Virus record (IMG/VR): IMGVR_UViG_3300026549_000030
Span: 128,001-192,000 of that record
Origin: a virus
Lineage: Duplodnaviria > Caudoviricetes
Strand: one strand, 5' to 3'
DNA length: 64,000 bases
Of the stretch, positions 1 through 10,189 are shown in pieces. The translations under genes and the position numbers were made by a program. How positions within the stretch are numbered: the first letter of the stretch is position 1; every line of letters starts with the position of its first letter. The notes under the pieces are model-generated. The model saw only the letters and a program-made list of their open reading frames with translations, was not told the DNA's origin and searched no databases.

Positions 1-2
1 AA

Positions 3-554
3 AGCGTTTGGTATCGTTACGAGAAACAAGTTACAGGAAACTATGCGATTGTAAGCCCCGAATATAAGGCTTTCCTTGAAAAGTTCCTGTGGGGTGTTCA
101 GTATCCAAACGTAGAAAACGAGAATTACAAGCGTTGCTGGACTAAGGATATGAACCATTACTACGAGCACTTCTCAGAAATCGACGTGCTTCTCGCTCCG
201 CTTAAGGAGACAGAGTTCAACAGGGTTAAGTCTCAGTTAAAGGTTGTGGAAGCGGCGTTCTCACACACAGCAATCATTGCCTCAGAGTTCGGCCCTTACA
301 CGATTGACTTAAAGACAGCGATTGAGAAGGGTAATATCCTTAATCCTGATGGAAATGCACTCCTTGTAAGCGAGTCGAGAAACCATAAGGATTGGGCGAA
401 GTATATCAACCGCCTTGCTGACGACCCGGCACTCTTGAAACAACTTCAAGACAATCTTTATCGCGACATTCACGAAAAGTACGATTTAAGAAACGTAACC
501 AAGGAACGCGCTCAGTTCTACAAAGATATTGTGAAGAAAAATAAAGAAGAGTAA
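3..554 (+). CDS. Glycosyltransferase (GT-B/GT4-like), C-terminal part; gene starts before the window
   Basis: Frame is open from position 3; DVLLAPL...FNRVKSQLKVVEAA...IIASEFGPY is the typical GT-B C-terminal nucleotide-sugar-binding motif. Confidence 0.75.
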   Translation, partial: SVWYRYEKQVTGNYAIVSPEYKAFLEKFLWGVQYPNVENENYKRCWTKDMNHYYEHFSEIDVLLAPLKETEFNRVKSQLKVVEAAFSHTAIIASEFGPYTIDLKTAIEKGNILNPDGNALLVSESRNHKDWAKYINRLADDPALLKQLQDNLYRDIHEKYDLRNVTKERAQFYKDIVKKNKEE

Positions 555-566
555 AGTAGAATAAAA

Positions 567-1181
567 ATGAATAAAATCTGTATTACACTTGATGACGTTT
601 TACGCGCAAAGACACAACAGTTCGGAAAAATCTATAAGAGGGCAATCGACCCTGAAATCAACCTTGATGAATTGGATTTGAGCACGAACAATCTTGCGAC
701 TATTTTCAATATGAAAGCGAAGGAATATAACAAATTCCTCTATGAAGATTACGCTTTCGAAATTTTTGCAGAAGCGCCGGCAGCACAGAAAATGCTCGAC
801 AAGAATCTTAACCTGTGGCACATTCGCCTTAACAACGACAGGGAAGACGAAGATAAGGTTGAACTTATGCTTGCCAACGCGAAGGAGTTCAACGCCTCAA
901 TTGGGTTTACCTACTTCTTCCTTTCGCAAATGGGAACAAGAATTCGTGAGACGTACTTCCCAACAGACTCTCTTACTATTTGGAATAAGTGCGATGTACT
1001 CGTAACAGCGGATCCGCTTCTCCTTCAAAATAAGCCCGAGGGTAAGATTTCAGTTAAGATTGAAATGCCTTACAATGAGAACTGCCAAGCCGACTATACA
1101 TACGAGACTCTAAGCGCTCTTATCGGAGACGAAGAATTCTTAGACAAGGTTTGCCCTAAGGGAAAGAAAAATGAGAAATAA
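567..1181 (+). CDS. HAD-fold 5'(3')-deoxyribonucleotidase-like protein, motif I degenerate
   Basis: N-terminal KICITLDDVLR resembles HAD motif I; C-terminal KIEMPYN resembles the NT5C family. Confidence 0.5.
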   Translation: MNKICITLDDVLRAKTQQFGKIYKRAIDPEINLDELDLSTNNLATIFNMKAKEYNKFLYEDYAFEIFAEAPAAQKMLDKNLNLWHIRLNNDREDEDKVELMLANAKEFNASIGFTYFFLSQMGTRIRETYFPTDSLTIWNKCDVLVTADPLLLQNKPEGKISVKIEMPYNENCQADYTYETLSALIGDEEFLDKVCPKGKKNEK

Positions 1182-1522
1182 TGAAGAAAACTAACAACAA
1201 TTTACTTTATATCGACGGAAAGGCGTACTACCTCAATATTGACAAGATTGAAGCGTTCATAAACTATTCCGACAAGGTTACGTCTAAGGAAACCGAAATA
1301 CTCGATTCTTATGACAATGGAACAGCCGTTTCAAAGACAATCAGGGAATTGACAACTCCCGGTAATCAGCAGATTGACAGTATCAGGTACGATTTAATCA
1401 AGACGTTCATTATTCAGATTATCACGTTTGATAATGAAATCAATGATTTGAACAACCTGACGTTCGGAATGAAACTCGCGGTAAATACAATGATAAATTT
1501 TGGCTTCTTGGAAGAGGCTTAA
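1181..1522 (+). CDS. Hypothetical protein
   Basis: 113-aa ORF translationally coupled to the upstream gene (TAATG overlap). Confidence 0.75.
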   Translation: MKKTNNNLLYIDGKAYYLNIDKIEAFINYSDKVTSKETEILDSYDNGTAVSKTIRELTTPGNQQIDSIRYDLIKTFIIQIITFDNEINDLNNLTFGMKLAVNTMINFGFLEEA

Positions 1523-1541
1523 TTAATAAAAAGGAAATATA

Positions 1542-2660
1542 ATGGCAAAGAAAGAATTGAATGTTGTCGAAATTCTCAATAAGGAAATTGAGAAATTAGA
1601 AACGAAGAAAAACAAGGTATATTTTTACGTTGTGGATTCGAAGGCTTCCCCTGTTGGATTGCTTTCATATGAGTACGACATTGCCCTTCAACTCAAGAAG
1701 CTCGGATATAACGTCGCAATGCTTCATAACGAGAAGGAATTTGTCGGCGTAGCCGATTGGCTCGGAAAGGAATATGCTGAACTCAAGCATTATCAGATTG
1801 AAAAGGATAACGTGCTTATGGCGCCGTCTGATATCCTGATTATCCCTGAGGTTTGCGCTGGTGTTATGGCTCAGACGAAGGGGCTTAGCTGCAGAAGGAT
1901 TGCCCTTCTCCACAGCCTTGCATTCCTTACCGATTCCGTTACACTCGGAACTGGTTGGGCTGACTTGCGTATCAACGAGTGCATTGTTTCAACGCCTCTT
2001 CTTGAAAGAAAAGTTAAGGAATACTTCCCATTCGTAAAGACACACGTAATCCGCCCTTCAATCCCTGATTTCTTCTTCGAGGCTCCAAAGGCGCCGAAGC
2101 AACTTGTAATCAACGTAATTGTGAAGGATACAACTGACATTAACAGGATTTTGAAACCATTCTATTGGAAATATCCTGCATATGCTTGGGTTGCATTCCG
2201 CCCTATTAACAGAAACTTGACAAGAGAGGCGTTCGCGGACGCGCTTAAGGAAAGCTTCGCTACTATTTGGGTTGACGATTTCACTGATTTCGGATATTCC
2301 GCAGTAGAAGCTCTCGCCTGCAAAAACGTGATTGTCGGCAAGGTTCCCGAGAATGCCCCTGAGTGGATTGTTGATGGGAACGGAAAGCTCTCCGATACTG
2401 GCTTATGGTTCTACAACTCATATGACGCGTCTGACGCTATCGCTTCCGTTATCCAAAGCTTTATTACGAACAATATTCCACAGGAAGTGTTCGACGAAGG
2501 AGAAAAGGTTGTTAAGAATTATACAACTGAACTTCAGAAGATTGACATTCAGGAAGAATTCGAGAAGAAAATCATTCCTAACAAGATTAGCGAGTTGAGA
2601 CTTGCCATTGCCGTTCAACAGAAGGACGAAGAAAATAATAAGAAGAAAGACAACGAATAA
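1542..2660 (+). CDS. Glycosyltransferase-like protein (GT-B fold)
   Basis: DILIIPE and FGYSAVEALACKNVIVG motifs; lies in a GT gene cluster. Confidence 0.65.
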   Translation: MAKKELNVVEILNKEIEKLETKKNKVYFYVVDSKASPVGLLSYEYDIALQLKKLGYNVAMLHNEKEFVGVADWLGKEYAELKHYQIEKDNVLMAPSDILIIPEVCAGVMAQTKGLSCRRIALLHSLAFLTDSVTLGTGWADLRINECIVSTPLLERKVKEYFPFVKTHVIRPSIPDFFFEAPKAPKQLVINVIVKDTTDINRILKPFYWKYPAYAWVAFRPINRNLTREAFADALKESFATIWVDDFTDFGYSAVEALACKNVIVGKVPENAPEWIVDGNGKLSDTGLWFYNSYDASDAIASVIQSFITNNIPQEVFDEGEKVVKNYTTELQKIDIQEEFEKKIIPNKISELRLAIAVQQKDEENNKKKDNE

Positions 2661-2662
2661 AA

Positions 2663-3490
2663 ATGGAGAAAGTTACATATATTGTTCCTATTCACGAATT
2701 TAAGGAAGAAACAAAAACGTTGTTAGCCCGTGCGCTTGACAGCCTTGAAAACGTGGTCACAGACGTAGACGACGAGCTCGTTTTCGTTGGACCGCTCGAT
2801 ATTATCAAGGAAGTATTCGTATGGTACGGAGAAAAGAACGATAACTCAAGGTTCAAGGAAATCGGGCTTGTCCCGAATGAGGAGCCAAACTTCTTCCGTC
2901 AGATTAACGAGGCTGTGAAGAAATGCACGACAAAGTATTTCTCCATTCTCGAATTCGACGACGCATATCAGCCATATTGGAATCAGCTTGTTCAGGAGTA
3001 CGCCGATGCAACCAACGCTTCCGTTGTAATGCCTATCAACGAATTCCTCGAGAACGGAGAGTTCTCCTCTATCGGAAATGAGATTGTGTGGAGTTCTACG
3101 TTCGCTCAGGACGAGAATGAGAAGATTGGCTATGTAAGTAGCGAGTGCCTGAATACGTTTATGGATTTCAACGTAACAGGCGCATTAATCAATACCGAGG
3201 ACTTCAAGGAAATCGGTGGATTGAAACCGTCTCTTAAGATTGCTGCTTGGTACGAGTTCCTACTTCGTGCAATTTACAACTCAAAGGTTGTATATGTTGC
3301 ACCTAAGATTGGCTATGAGCATACAATCGGCAGGAAGGGTAGCTTCTCGGAGAAAGCATACGAAGAGATACCGCAGGAGGAAGGACAATGGCTTATCAAG
3401 ACAGCAAAGCAGGAGTACTTCTTCACGAACGACAGGAACAGAACATTCGGAGACGACATTGAGGACGTTCCCGAGGAGACTAAGGAATAG
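2663..3490 (+). CDS. Glycosyltransferase family 2-like protein
   Basis: VTYIVPIH start, LARALDSL, INEAVKKCTTKYFSILEFDD (DxD-equivalent). Confidence 0.75.
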   Translation: MEKVTYIVPIHEFKEETKTLLARALDSLENVVTDVDDELVFVGPLDIIKEVFVWYGEKNDNSRFKEIGLVPNEEPNFFRQINEAVKKCTTKYFSILEFDDAYQPYWNQLVQEYADATNASVVMPINEFLENGEFSSIGNEIVWSSTFAQDENEKIGYVSSECLNTFMDFNVTGALINTEDFKEIGGLKPSLKIAAWYEFLLRAIYNSKVVYVAPKIGYEHTIGRKGSFSEKAYEEIPQEEGQWLIKTAKQEYFFTNDRNRTFGDDIEDVPEETKE

Positions 3491-3642
3491 GCGGCGCGGG
3501 CTTATGCCCGCTCCGCTAATATATTATAATATCAAAGGAATAAGGCGCCGCTCGGCGTAAAAATAAAAAGTAAGTACAATGTCATTTTGTAAATAGTTGA
3601 TATATAATATTATGAATAATATTGATAGAAACTATTGGTATA

Positions 3643-4356
3643 ATGGCCAAAAGAGGAAGAAAACCATCCGATAAGCCAAAAGGTTATTTCTACGAGCAGC
3701 AAGAACAAGCTGTTCTGGATTACCTGAAGGCACAAACAGCAGAAGAAAAAAACAGAATATATTGCGAGGTATTAAAGCCAGCCTTCGAAAAAATGGTAGA
3801 GTCCATTATTCGAAGGTATAAGCTGTATATACCAAATGAGGAATTTGACGACACATTCAATGATACACTGTCGTTCCTGTTGACGAAGGCTGATAAGTTC
3901 AGACCCGGTAAGTTCAAGGCATATTCATACTATGGTACAATCTGTAAGAACTATCTAATCGGAAGAATAGAAAGTCAGGCTACCGCACTTCAAAGGAGCC
4001 CGTCATACGACCCAGTTATGGAGAAATTTGACAACAACATTAAATTTTCAGAACCACAAAATGACGGCGTTGCGGGGGAGACGGTAAAAAGGCTTGTCGC
4101 TGAAATTAAAGAAATGGTTGGCGAGCCCTCAAAATATGACTTAAAGGAGAATGAAGTAAAATTAGGCAACGCCCTCGTTACGCTTTTCGAGAATTGGGAA
4201 TATGTTTTAACAACGGAAGGAAGTAATAAATTGAATAAGAACGCCGTTCTTCTTTTCCTTCGTGAAAGGACAGGATTGGATACGAAAGGAATCCGCGACA
4301 ATATGCGTAAATTCAAGAAATTATTCCTTATTATCAAGGACGCAGTAATCAGCTAA
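3643..4356 (+). CDS. Phage RNA polymerase sigma factor (gp55-like, sigma70 region 2)
   Basis: KADKFRPGKFKAYSYYGTICKNYLI resembles region 2 of phage late sigma factors; start moved to ATG 3643 (MAKRGRKP). Confidence 0.7.
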   Translation: MAKRGRKPSDKPKGYFYEQQEQAVLDYLKAQTAEEKNRIYCEVLKPAFEKMVESIIRRYKLYIPNEEFDDTFNDTLSFLLTKADKFRPGKFKAYSYYGTICKNYLIGRIESQATALQRSPSYDPVMEKFDNNIKFSEPQNDGVAGETVKRLVAEIKEMVGEPSKYDLKENEVKLGNALVTLFENWEYVLTTEGSNKLNKNAVLLFLRERTGLDTKGIRDNMRKFKKLFLIIKDAVIS

Positions 4357-4382
4357 AAATCACAACCAAACTATTTATAGGT

Positions 4383-4790
4383 ATGGAAGGAAAATCATTA
4401 AAGAAATTTAAGGTAAAGCTCAATAATAACGATAAAATTGAGGAGCTTTTACAGGAAACATACGACTTGGCTTGCCAACAATACAAGGCGATTCAGGAAG
4501 AGATAAATAAAATGGCGAACAGCACAACCATTAAGGACTTGGACATTGATGGAAAGGAGAAATATGGTAAGATTATGAACAACTATATCACACTCCAACA
4601 AAAATCAATTGGACAAAAGTTCGACATTGCAAAACTTCTCGCTGAGGTTGTTAAGCACGGCGGCGACGTTAAGGGCGCAATTGATTCAGTCAACAAAATG
4701 CCGACGTCAATTGATTTGGATAAACTCAGAAAACTTGCAATCGACGCTTCAACGTCAGGCGGAAAAGAGGAATATACAGTTAATAAGTAA
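4383..4790 (+). CDS. Hypothetical late protein (helical)
   Basis: First gene after a TATTTATA motif; heads the baseplate-like operon. Confidence 0.7.
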   Translation: MEGKSLKKFKVKLNNNDKIEELLQETYDLACQQYKAIQEEINKMANSTTIKDLDIDGKEKYGKIMNNYITLQQKSIGQKFDIAKLLAEVVKHGGDVKGAIDSVNKMPTSIDLDKLRKLAIDASTSGGKEEYTVNK

Positions 4791-4792
4791 CA

Positions 4793-6556
4793 ATGTCAAA
4801 ACTGTCGACAAAGAAAGAGAATGTTAAAGGTACAATAGCTGCGCTCCAAACTGTATTGGAGCGCTATCCTGTATTGTTGACAACACAGAACGGTAACGAA
4901 AAAACGTCCCTCGAGTTCATGCTCAATATCCTTAAGATAATGGGACTTACTCAGGAAGACGTTCTCGATTGGCTTTCAGGAATACTTGCCGACACAAAGG
5001 ACGGTTCAGCCGGACTTCTTTCTGTTATTGAACTTGCGGTTAAGACGGCAATACTTATGTCGTTCAAGGAGACATATACTTGCTCGATTAATCCCACACT
5101 TCCCGACGATGTTATGTACTCCCTATATGATATCACGCAGGAAAGTCAGCCGATAAGAGGAAACGGAATTGAGATTGAACTTGATAAGATTGATCCATTC
5201 GGAATGTTGAATTTCTGTCCTGTTAATAAGGAAGAATCAATATTTTATTTTGATAATATCATAGATTACGGAACAACAACCTATAAACCAAGGACAATAT
5301 ATAAGTCCGTTGACTTCAATGCCTATCTTTGGTATATTATCAATTACAGCAATTTCAGAACTGACGAGCAAAGGCATAAGTGCATATGGGATAACAGAAA
5401 TACTTACTATAAGCAATTCTTACAACCCGGCGGGGATGAGATAAAGAGACAGTTCTTCAATAAGCAGAATTTGAATCAGGCTACAAGTATCATTCGCGGA
5501 ATCGGAACCAAGAAAGAGTTCTTTGCCTGCACACCAAGCGAAAGCTATTCAACAACAGAAAACAACCATCCGGCAAGCATAAAGGTTTATCTTAATGCGG
5601 ACAGGTACTACCATACTTCAATCATAGGCAGAAAGAACAAGACGATTTTCGAATTCAATGCCGATTACATTTACAGTATGCGCCTATTCGACGCAAAATC
5701 ACTTATCGCCCAAATTGTAAATGCTGTTATTGGCATAGCCGATTCTACAAAAATCGGAATATCAGTTGAAAGAAAAGCACTTACAAATAAGATAAGAAGT
5801 ATTGTAAACAGAATAATTGAAACTGAGGATAGTGAGATAATCGACAATGACTGCTTCTATACGTTCACAAATGAAGAATATCAGGAGTTACTCGACGCCG
5901 CTCAGCTTCAATATGACGGGCTCTATCAAAGTGGAAATGAAAATGGCGACTTTATTCAGATAGACACCGCTTACACCGCCGAACAAATCTATAAGATAGA
6001 ATCAGCAGAAAATCTTGAAGAAAGGAAGACGGCGGTAAAGAATACGTTCCTTAAAGTTTCAAATAGCGTTGCTTCAACAGACGAAACACCAGACGAGGAT
6101 AAATATTCATTCAAACTCAGTATTGTAAATAAGTTCATTAATGAAGTTATCACTCAGGTTGCCGTCCAAGCTCTTTCGCCGAAAGTTATGCTTCTCTATG
6201 CTATAAATGAGAAAGTAATGAATCCGAACGAAGAAGGAGAAAAACCGGATTCAATCGTTTCGTTTATGCAAAATTTTCAGAATCTGATTGTCTCGATAAT
6301 CAGGAAAATCAACGAAATTATACTGCAGCAACTATACGATTATCTTATGGGGCAATTGAAACCGTTGATAACGCTATTCATTCAAAAGTTACTCCTTGAA
6401 ACAATTATGTACTACAAGATTCTGTTGGAGGCGCTTATGAATGAATGTAGATTGAGCGGTTGGGGAAGGAACAATCAAAATTTGGAACTCGATAATGTTG
6501 TCGGCGCAGATATAGTACCCGTACTTAATCACCCAGAGGAGGGGTGCAGAACATGA
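4793..6556 (+). CDS. Putative virion structural protein
   Basis: 587-aa ORF in the late operon upstream of the spike-like gene; function from context only. Confidence 0.55.
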   Translation: MSKLSTKKENVKGTIAALQTVLERYPVLLTTQNGNEKTSLEFMLNILKIMGLTQEDVLDWLSGILADTKDGSAGLLSVIELAVKTAILMSFKETYTCSINPTLPDDVMYSLYDITQESQPIRGNGIEIELDKIDPFGMLNFCPVNKEESIFYFDNIIDYGTTTYKPRTIYKSVDFNAYLWYIINYSNFRTDEQRHKCIWDNRNTYYKQFLQPGGDEIKRQFFNKQNLNQATSIIRGIGTKKEFFACTPSESYSTTENNHPASIKVYLNADRYYHTSIIGRKNKTIFEFNADYIYSMRLFDAKSLIAQIVNAVIGIADSTKIGISVERKALTNKIRSIVNRIIETEDSEIIDNDCFYTFTNEEYQELLDAAQLQYDGLYQSGNENGDFIQIDTAYTAEQIYKIESAENLEERKTAVKNTFLKVSNSVASTDETPDEDKYSFKLSIVNKFINEVITQVAVQALSPKVMLLYAINEKVMNPNEEGEKPDSIVSFMQNFQNLIVSIIRKINEIILQQLYDYLMGQLKPLITLFIQKLLLETIMYYKILLEALMNECRLSGWGRNNQNLELDNVVGADIVPVLNHPEEGCRT

Positions 6557-6945
6557 CAATACAAAGCATTTGCGATTCAATAACAAAATTGATAAACACG
6601 GCGAGAACGCCCCTTAATACCATACCGGCAGCAATACTTGTTTGTAGTGCCATAAATAGGCCTGGTCTATCCCCTATGCTTATTGCTTCAAATATAATCA
6701 GAAGGCAATCAGAGGCGGGCGCCCCATTTGGTGCCGCCGCAGACGGAAGTGCCAACATTGCCGAGGCAATGGAAAGAATACGCGTAGAGGAAATGGTTAA
6801 AGCACTCAAAATGGATGCGAAGGTTCAAGTTGGAATCCCTATTGGCGGAATACAGTTTACGGGAACGGGCGCAAACGCCGGTGGTCCTGTCATTGTAAAA
6901 GGGTTCAACATTAATAATGCACATGGAATAGGAATTATCGGATAA
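6553..6945 (+). CDS. Putative baseplate-associated small protein
   Basis: ATGA overlap with the previous stop (start MTIQ at 6553); Gly-rich beta-type C-terminus; precedes the spike gene. Confidence 0.55.
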   Translation: MTIQSICDSITKLINTARTPLNTIPAAILVCSAINRPGLSPMLIASNIIRRQSEAGAPFGAAADGSANIAEAMERIRVEEMVKALKMDAKVQVGIPIGGIQFTGTGANAGGPVIVKGFNINNAHGIGIIG

Positions 6946-7832
6946 TGGACGGATTATTTACAAAAGACGCCGCACTTTATCTCGGGCGCGTAATAAGTAA
7001 CGACGATAATGTAGGCGGAAATAGGATTAAAGCCACAATATACCCTGCGGATAAAAGAAAAACCGCGAGGGAAATCCCATATGCCTTCCCTCTTATTCCG
7101 AAAATGGTTCACATTGTCCCAAAGGTAGGAGAAATGGTAATAATCATATGCGACGATATGAACAATCCAAACTCGCAAAGATATTACCTTGGACCAATCA
7201 TTTCACAACCACAATTTCTTTTCCATGAAGGCAGCATAAGCGCAACGTCCTTATTGAAGGGCGGCGTAATGCCTGAGCTTCCCTCTCCTGCCTCATACGC
7301 TTCAATGCATGGGGCATTTCCGAAGGTTGACGAGATTGCAATCCTTGGAAGAAAGAATAGTGATATCATACTTTCAGACAACGATTTAAGAATCCGTTGC
7401 GGTGTAAGACTCGTAGACGAGAATAACAATAAGAATATAATTTTCAATAAAGAATCTCCCTCATACATTAAGCTTAAACATTATCCCGTAAGGCTACAAG
7501 AGGGTGCGGAAAGCACAGCAACGATTGTTGCAGACAAGATTAACCTCATAAGCAATGTAGGAGAGCCATACTTTAACGTAGTTGATACTAATGAAGGAAT
7601 ATCCGACGAGGAAATGAGAGAGATAATAGAGAAGGCGCATAGGCTCCCATATGGAGACGTGCTCGTGAATTTCCTTTCACTGTTGCTGAAAATGTTCAAG
7701 AGCCACACGCATAAATATCATAACATGCCGCCTTGCCCAGATACAAATTCAAGCATTTTCGACGCAAAATACAGTAGTGACGAAAACAATCTACAGCAGC
7801 AACTTCTCAGTGATAACGTTAGAATAAACTAA
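6945..7832 (+). CDS. Baseplate spike/gp5-like protein (N-terminal OB fold, C-terminal HxH tip)
   Basis: GRVISNDD...NRIKA...AFPLIP...VPKVGEMVII...RYYLG is the gp5/gpV OB-fold signature; KSHTH is the metal-binding tip motif. Confidence 0.7.
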   Translation: MDGLFTKDAALYLGRVISNDDNVGGNRIKATIYPADKRKTAREIPYAFPLIPKMVHIVPKVGEMVIIICDDMNNPNSQRYYLGPIISQPQFLFHEGSISATSLLKGGVMPELPSPASYASMHGAFPKVDEIAILGRKNSDIILSDNDLRIRCGVRLVDENNNKNIIFNKESPSYIKLKHYPVRLQEGAESTATIVADKINLISNVGEPYFNVVDTNEGISDEEMREIIEKAHRLPYGDVLVNFLSLLLKMFKSHTHKYHNMPPCPDTNSSIFDAKYSSDENNLQQQLLSDNVRIN

Positions 7833-7859
7833 AAAACCGCGCAAAAGCGCGGCTTTTTT
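7831..7859. terminator. Bidirectional intrinsic terminator
   Basis: A6-CCGCGC-AAAA-GCGCGG-C-T6 between convergent genes. Confidence 0.85.
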
Positions 7860-9294
7860 AATGTATTATGTTTGTTATATTATCCACAATCGTGAATTTA
7901 AGTTTATCTTTATATACACGCAAGTCAGTTCCAACTTTAGCCCTTACGTCAACGTGATACTGCCCCGGCATAAGTTCCGCACTCTTGATCTTGAAAGAAT
8001 TGTTCTTTCCGCAGGTATCTATATTATCCCAATTTATTACGTCATATTCGCGTTTACCGTCTTTCACGTATATACGATATTGGCAATCCTTCAATAACTC
8101 GTAATCGGAAGAGTATTTTACCTTAAAGATAACGTTAAGTGTCCTTTCATCTCCCTGATAAATTTTCTCATTATCATTTATGCCACTGATTGAAGGCTCC
8201 AAGTTAAAATCAACCTTACTGTAATTTCCGAGAGAAGCAAATTCGCTCCTAGGATAAACGACAAACTCCATTTCAACCTCTTCAAATTCCTCACCGTTAG
8301 CCTTCAAATTACTCCAAACGTCATACAAAATCGTTCTTTCGGAGACACTTCCTCTGTCAACTTTTACAGTTGCGTAGTAAACGCCCGTATTTTGGCGTGT
8401 AACGGGGTATTCTTGCCCGTTAATAGTGCAGACGGGTAATTCCTCCAAATCAGTCGGAATACCACCTAAAATCGAATAAAAATAGAGTTTATTCGTCTTT
8501 CCGGCGAAGAACATATATCTGTCGTCGCTTATCACCGAATTATCGCGGCTTTCAACGACGGGCGTAAAGAACGTATTCGTATGATTTGTGAAGAATCCGA
8601 CGTATTGGATATTACCAAGGCTAATTGATTCCGTTGCCGGTGAGAAAGCAATGCCGATTCCGTAATTTTGATATTTACCTGCAATAACGTCGTTCACATA
8701 ATTTGTTATGTCAAAAGAGAAATTCTCATTACCGACGTCAAAATGCTGCCTTGCAATTATCAAACTTTCCTCACCCTTGCTGTATTTCTCATATTCCTTC
8801 TCGAGTGTTTCATTGGAAACGATTCCCTCAACGGGCACGATATGTCCTTCTCCGTCGATTTCCGTTCCCCACTCCTTTCCGTCATAAGCGTAATACCAGT
8901 TCGCTCCGTGCTGAGATACAACCCTCTTTCCAACGAACCAGAAGTCGTCAGAACTGTCAAATCCGCGTCCTCCATCCCAAAATTCAGGTACCCTGAACGC
9001 TATAATGTCAAATGAAGTTGCGCGTTCCCTGTCAAAGAACCCATCTTCAGGAGCAGGCTTCGCATTGAAGGAATTATTATCAATAGAACCACAGTTCGTT
9101 AACTTGAGTATGTGCTTGATATCATCCTTATTACCGTTCTTGCACGCATTTTCTATATTTTCCATATCGAAATGAACGAGGCAGCGTGATACCATTGCCC
9201 CATAATTAAGCATTCCAATAGGGTTGAGTCCGAAATTATCTTTCGAACCTTGGATTATTGTCGTGCATTTATCAAGAAATGTCCTTGTTACCAT
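7858..9294 (-). CDS. Putative virion structural protein (beta-rich, Ig-like C-terminus)
   Basis: 478 aa behind a TATTTATT motif; FDITNYVND...NYGIGIAF is seen in DNRLRE-like phage structural proteins. Confidence 0.55.
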   Translation of the reverse strand: MVTRTFLDKCTTIIQGSKDNFGLNPIGMLNYGAMVSRCLVHFDMENIENACKNGNKDDIKHILKLTNCGSIDNNSFNAKPAPEDGFFDRERATSFDIIAFRVPEFWDGGRGFDSSDDFWFVGKRVVSQHGANWYYAYDGKEWGTEIDGEGHIVPVEGIVSNETLEKEYEKYSKGEESLIIARQHFDVGNENFSFDITNYVNDVIAGKYQNYGIGIAFSPATESISLGNIQYVGFFTNHTNTFFTPVVESRDNSVISDDRYMFFAGKTNKLYFYSILGGIPTDLEELPVCTINGQEYPVTRQNTGVYYATVKVDRGSVSERTILYDVWSNLKANGEEFEEVEMEFVVYPRSEFASLGNYSKVDFNLEPSISGINDNEKIYQGDERTLNVIFKVKYSSDYELLKDCQYRIYVKDGKREYDVINWDNIDTCGKNNSFKIKSAELMPGQYHVDVRAKVGTDLRVYKDKLKFTIVDNITNIIH

Positions 9295-9343
9295 AATGTG
9301 CTAATATTCTACAATAAATAGTTTTTCGGAGCCAATATTGTAC

Positions 9344-9368
9344 AAAAAAAGCAATTCAAAGAATTGCT
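9344..9368 (-). terminator. Intrinsic terminator
   Basis: GCAATTC-AAA-GAATTGC hairpin with a T7 tract on the minus strand, just after the gene ending at 9369. Confidence 0.65.
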
Positions 9369-9749
9369 CTATTGTTTGTTCTCGTATTTTTCCTTCAATT
9401 TAAGATAGAGCGAATAGTCGCTGTCCGTATTATCCTCCGTCAAAACGTCTCTGCCGTCGTCTCTAACAAGATTAACGCCCGCGCCATTGATATATGATTG
9501 TGGACAGCCGCCAACCGAATATTTTGGATTGTCTATAACGTTGCCATACTCGTCATACAGGATAGGATTGCGACGGAATTCTTCTCTGACGAACTCAACC
9601 ATATCCCTTCCGTGGCAAAATTCCAAAATCTCTCTCTCTGCGCGGTTTATCTTAGCAACCTTTCCCGCCCTGAATCTTGCCTTCAGCATGTTAAATTCAC
9701 TAATACCCTGTATCTGTTGCTCTTCAAGTTTCTCAAAATTCTCGTCCAT
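9369..9749 (-). CDS. Hypothetical protein
   Basis: ATG at 9749 (MDENF); sense TATTTATA at 9771-9778. Confidence 0.7.
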   Translation of the reverse strand: MDENFEKLEEQQIQGISEFNMLKARFRAGKVAKINRAEREILEFCHGRDMVEFVREEFRRNPILYDEYGNVIDNPKYSVGGCPQSYINGAGVNLVRDDGRDVLTEDNTDSDYSLYLKLKEKYENKQ

Positions 9750-9791
9750 ATGCAAAAAATAGCTTTACAATATAAATATAGTTATTAAATA

Positions 9792-9823
9792 TTTGTAAAT
9801 CAACGGAAATTTCCCTATCTTTG
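9792..9823 (+). promoter_or_regulatory. Bacteroidota housekeeping-type promoter (-33 TTTG / -7 TATCTTTG)
   Basis: TTTG at 9792, 20-nt spacer, TATCTTTG at 9816. Confidence 0.8.
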
Positions 9824-9843
9824 CGGAAACAGGATATCCAAAT

Positions 9844-10188
9844 ATGTTTAGAGTGGCAATTGTGGGTGGCGAAGGAACAAAAGACTACCCCAGATTTAAG
9901 AAAAAGTGTATAGAATGCCTTAAAAACAAGGTAAAGGAGGACCGTGTTATGATATATACCACGGGAGATAAGTACGTTGAAGCATTCTCCGAGCGTTACG
10001 GCATTGACACGCGTTTCTTTCCGTGTGATTTTAAGAAATATGGGAAAGACGCACTGCTAATGCGTGCAATTGATATGTTGGAAGACGCAGACGCGGTTAT
10101 CGCTTTCAATGACGGACAGAAAGACAGCCAGATTATATCAAAATTGGCAGCCGAAAAAGGGCTGCCACTTCGAAATATTAAAGGTTGA
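9844..10188 (+). CDS. SLOG/YspA-like (DUF2493-type) protein
   Basis: RVAIVGG...FPCDFKKYGKDA...MLEDADAVIAFNDG...GLPLR pattern. Confidence 0.7.
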   Translation: MFRVAIVGGEGTKDYPRFKKKCIECLKNKVKEDRVMIYTTGDKYVEAFSERYGIDTRFFPCDFKKYGKDALLMRAIDMLEDADAVIAFNDGQKDSQIISKLAAEKGLPLRNIKG

Positions 10189-10189
10189 C

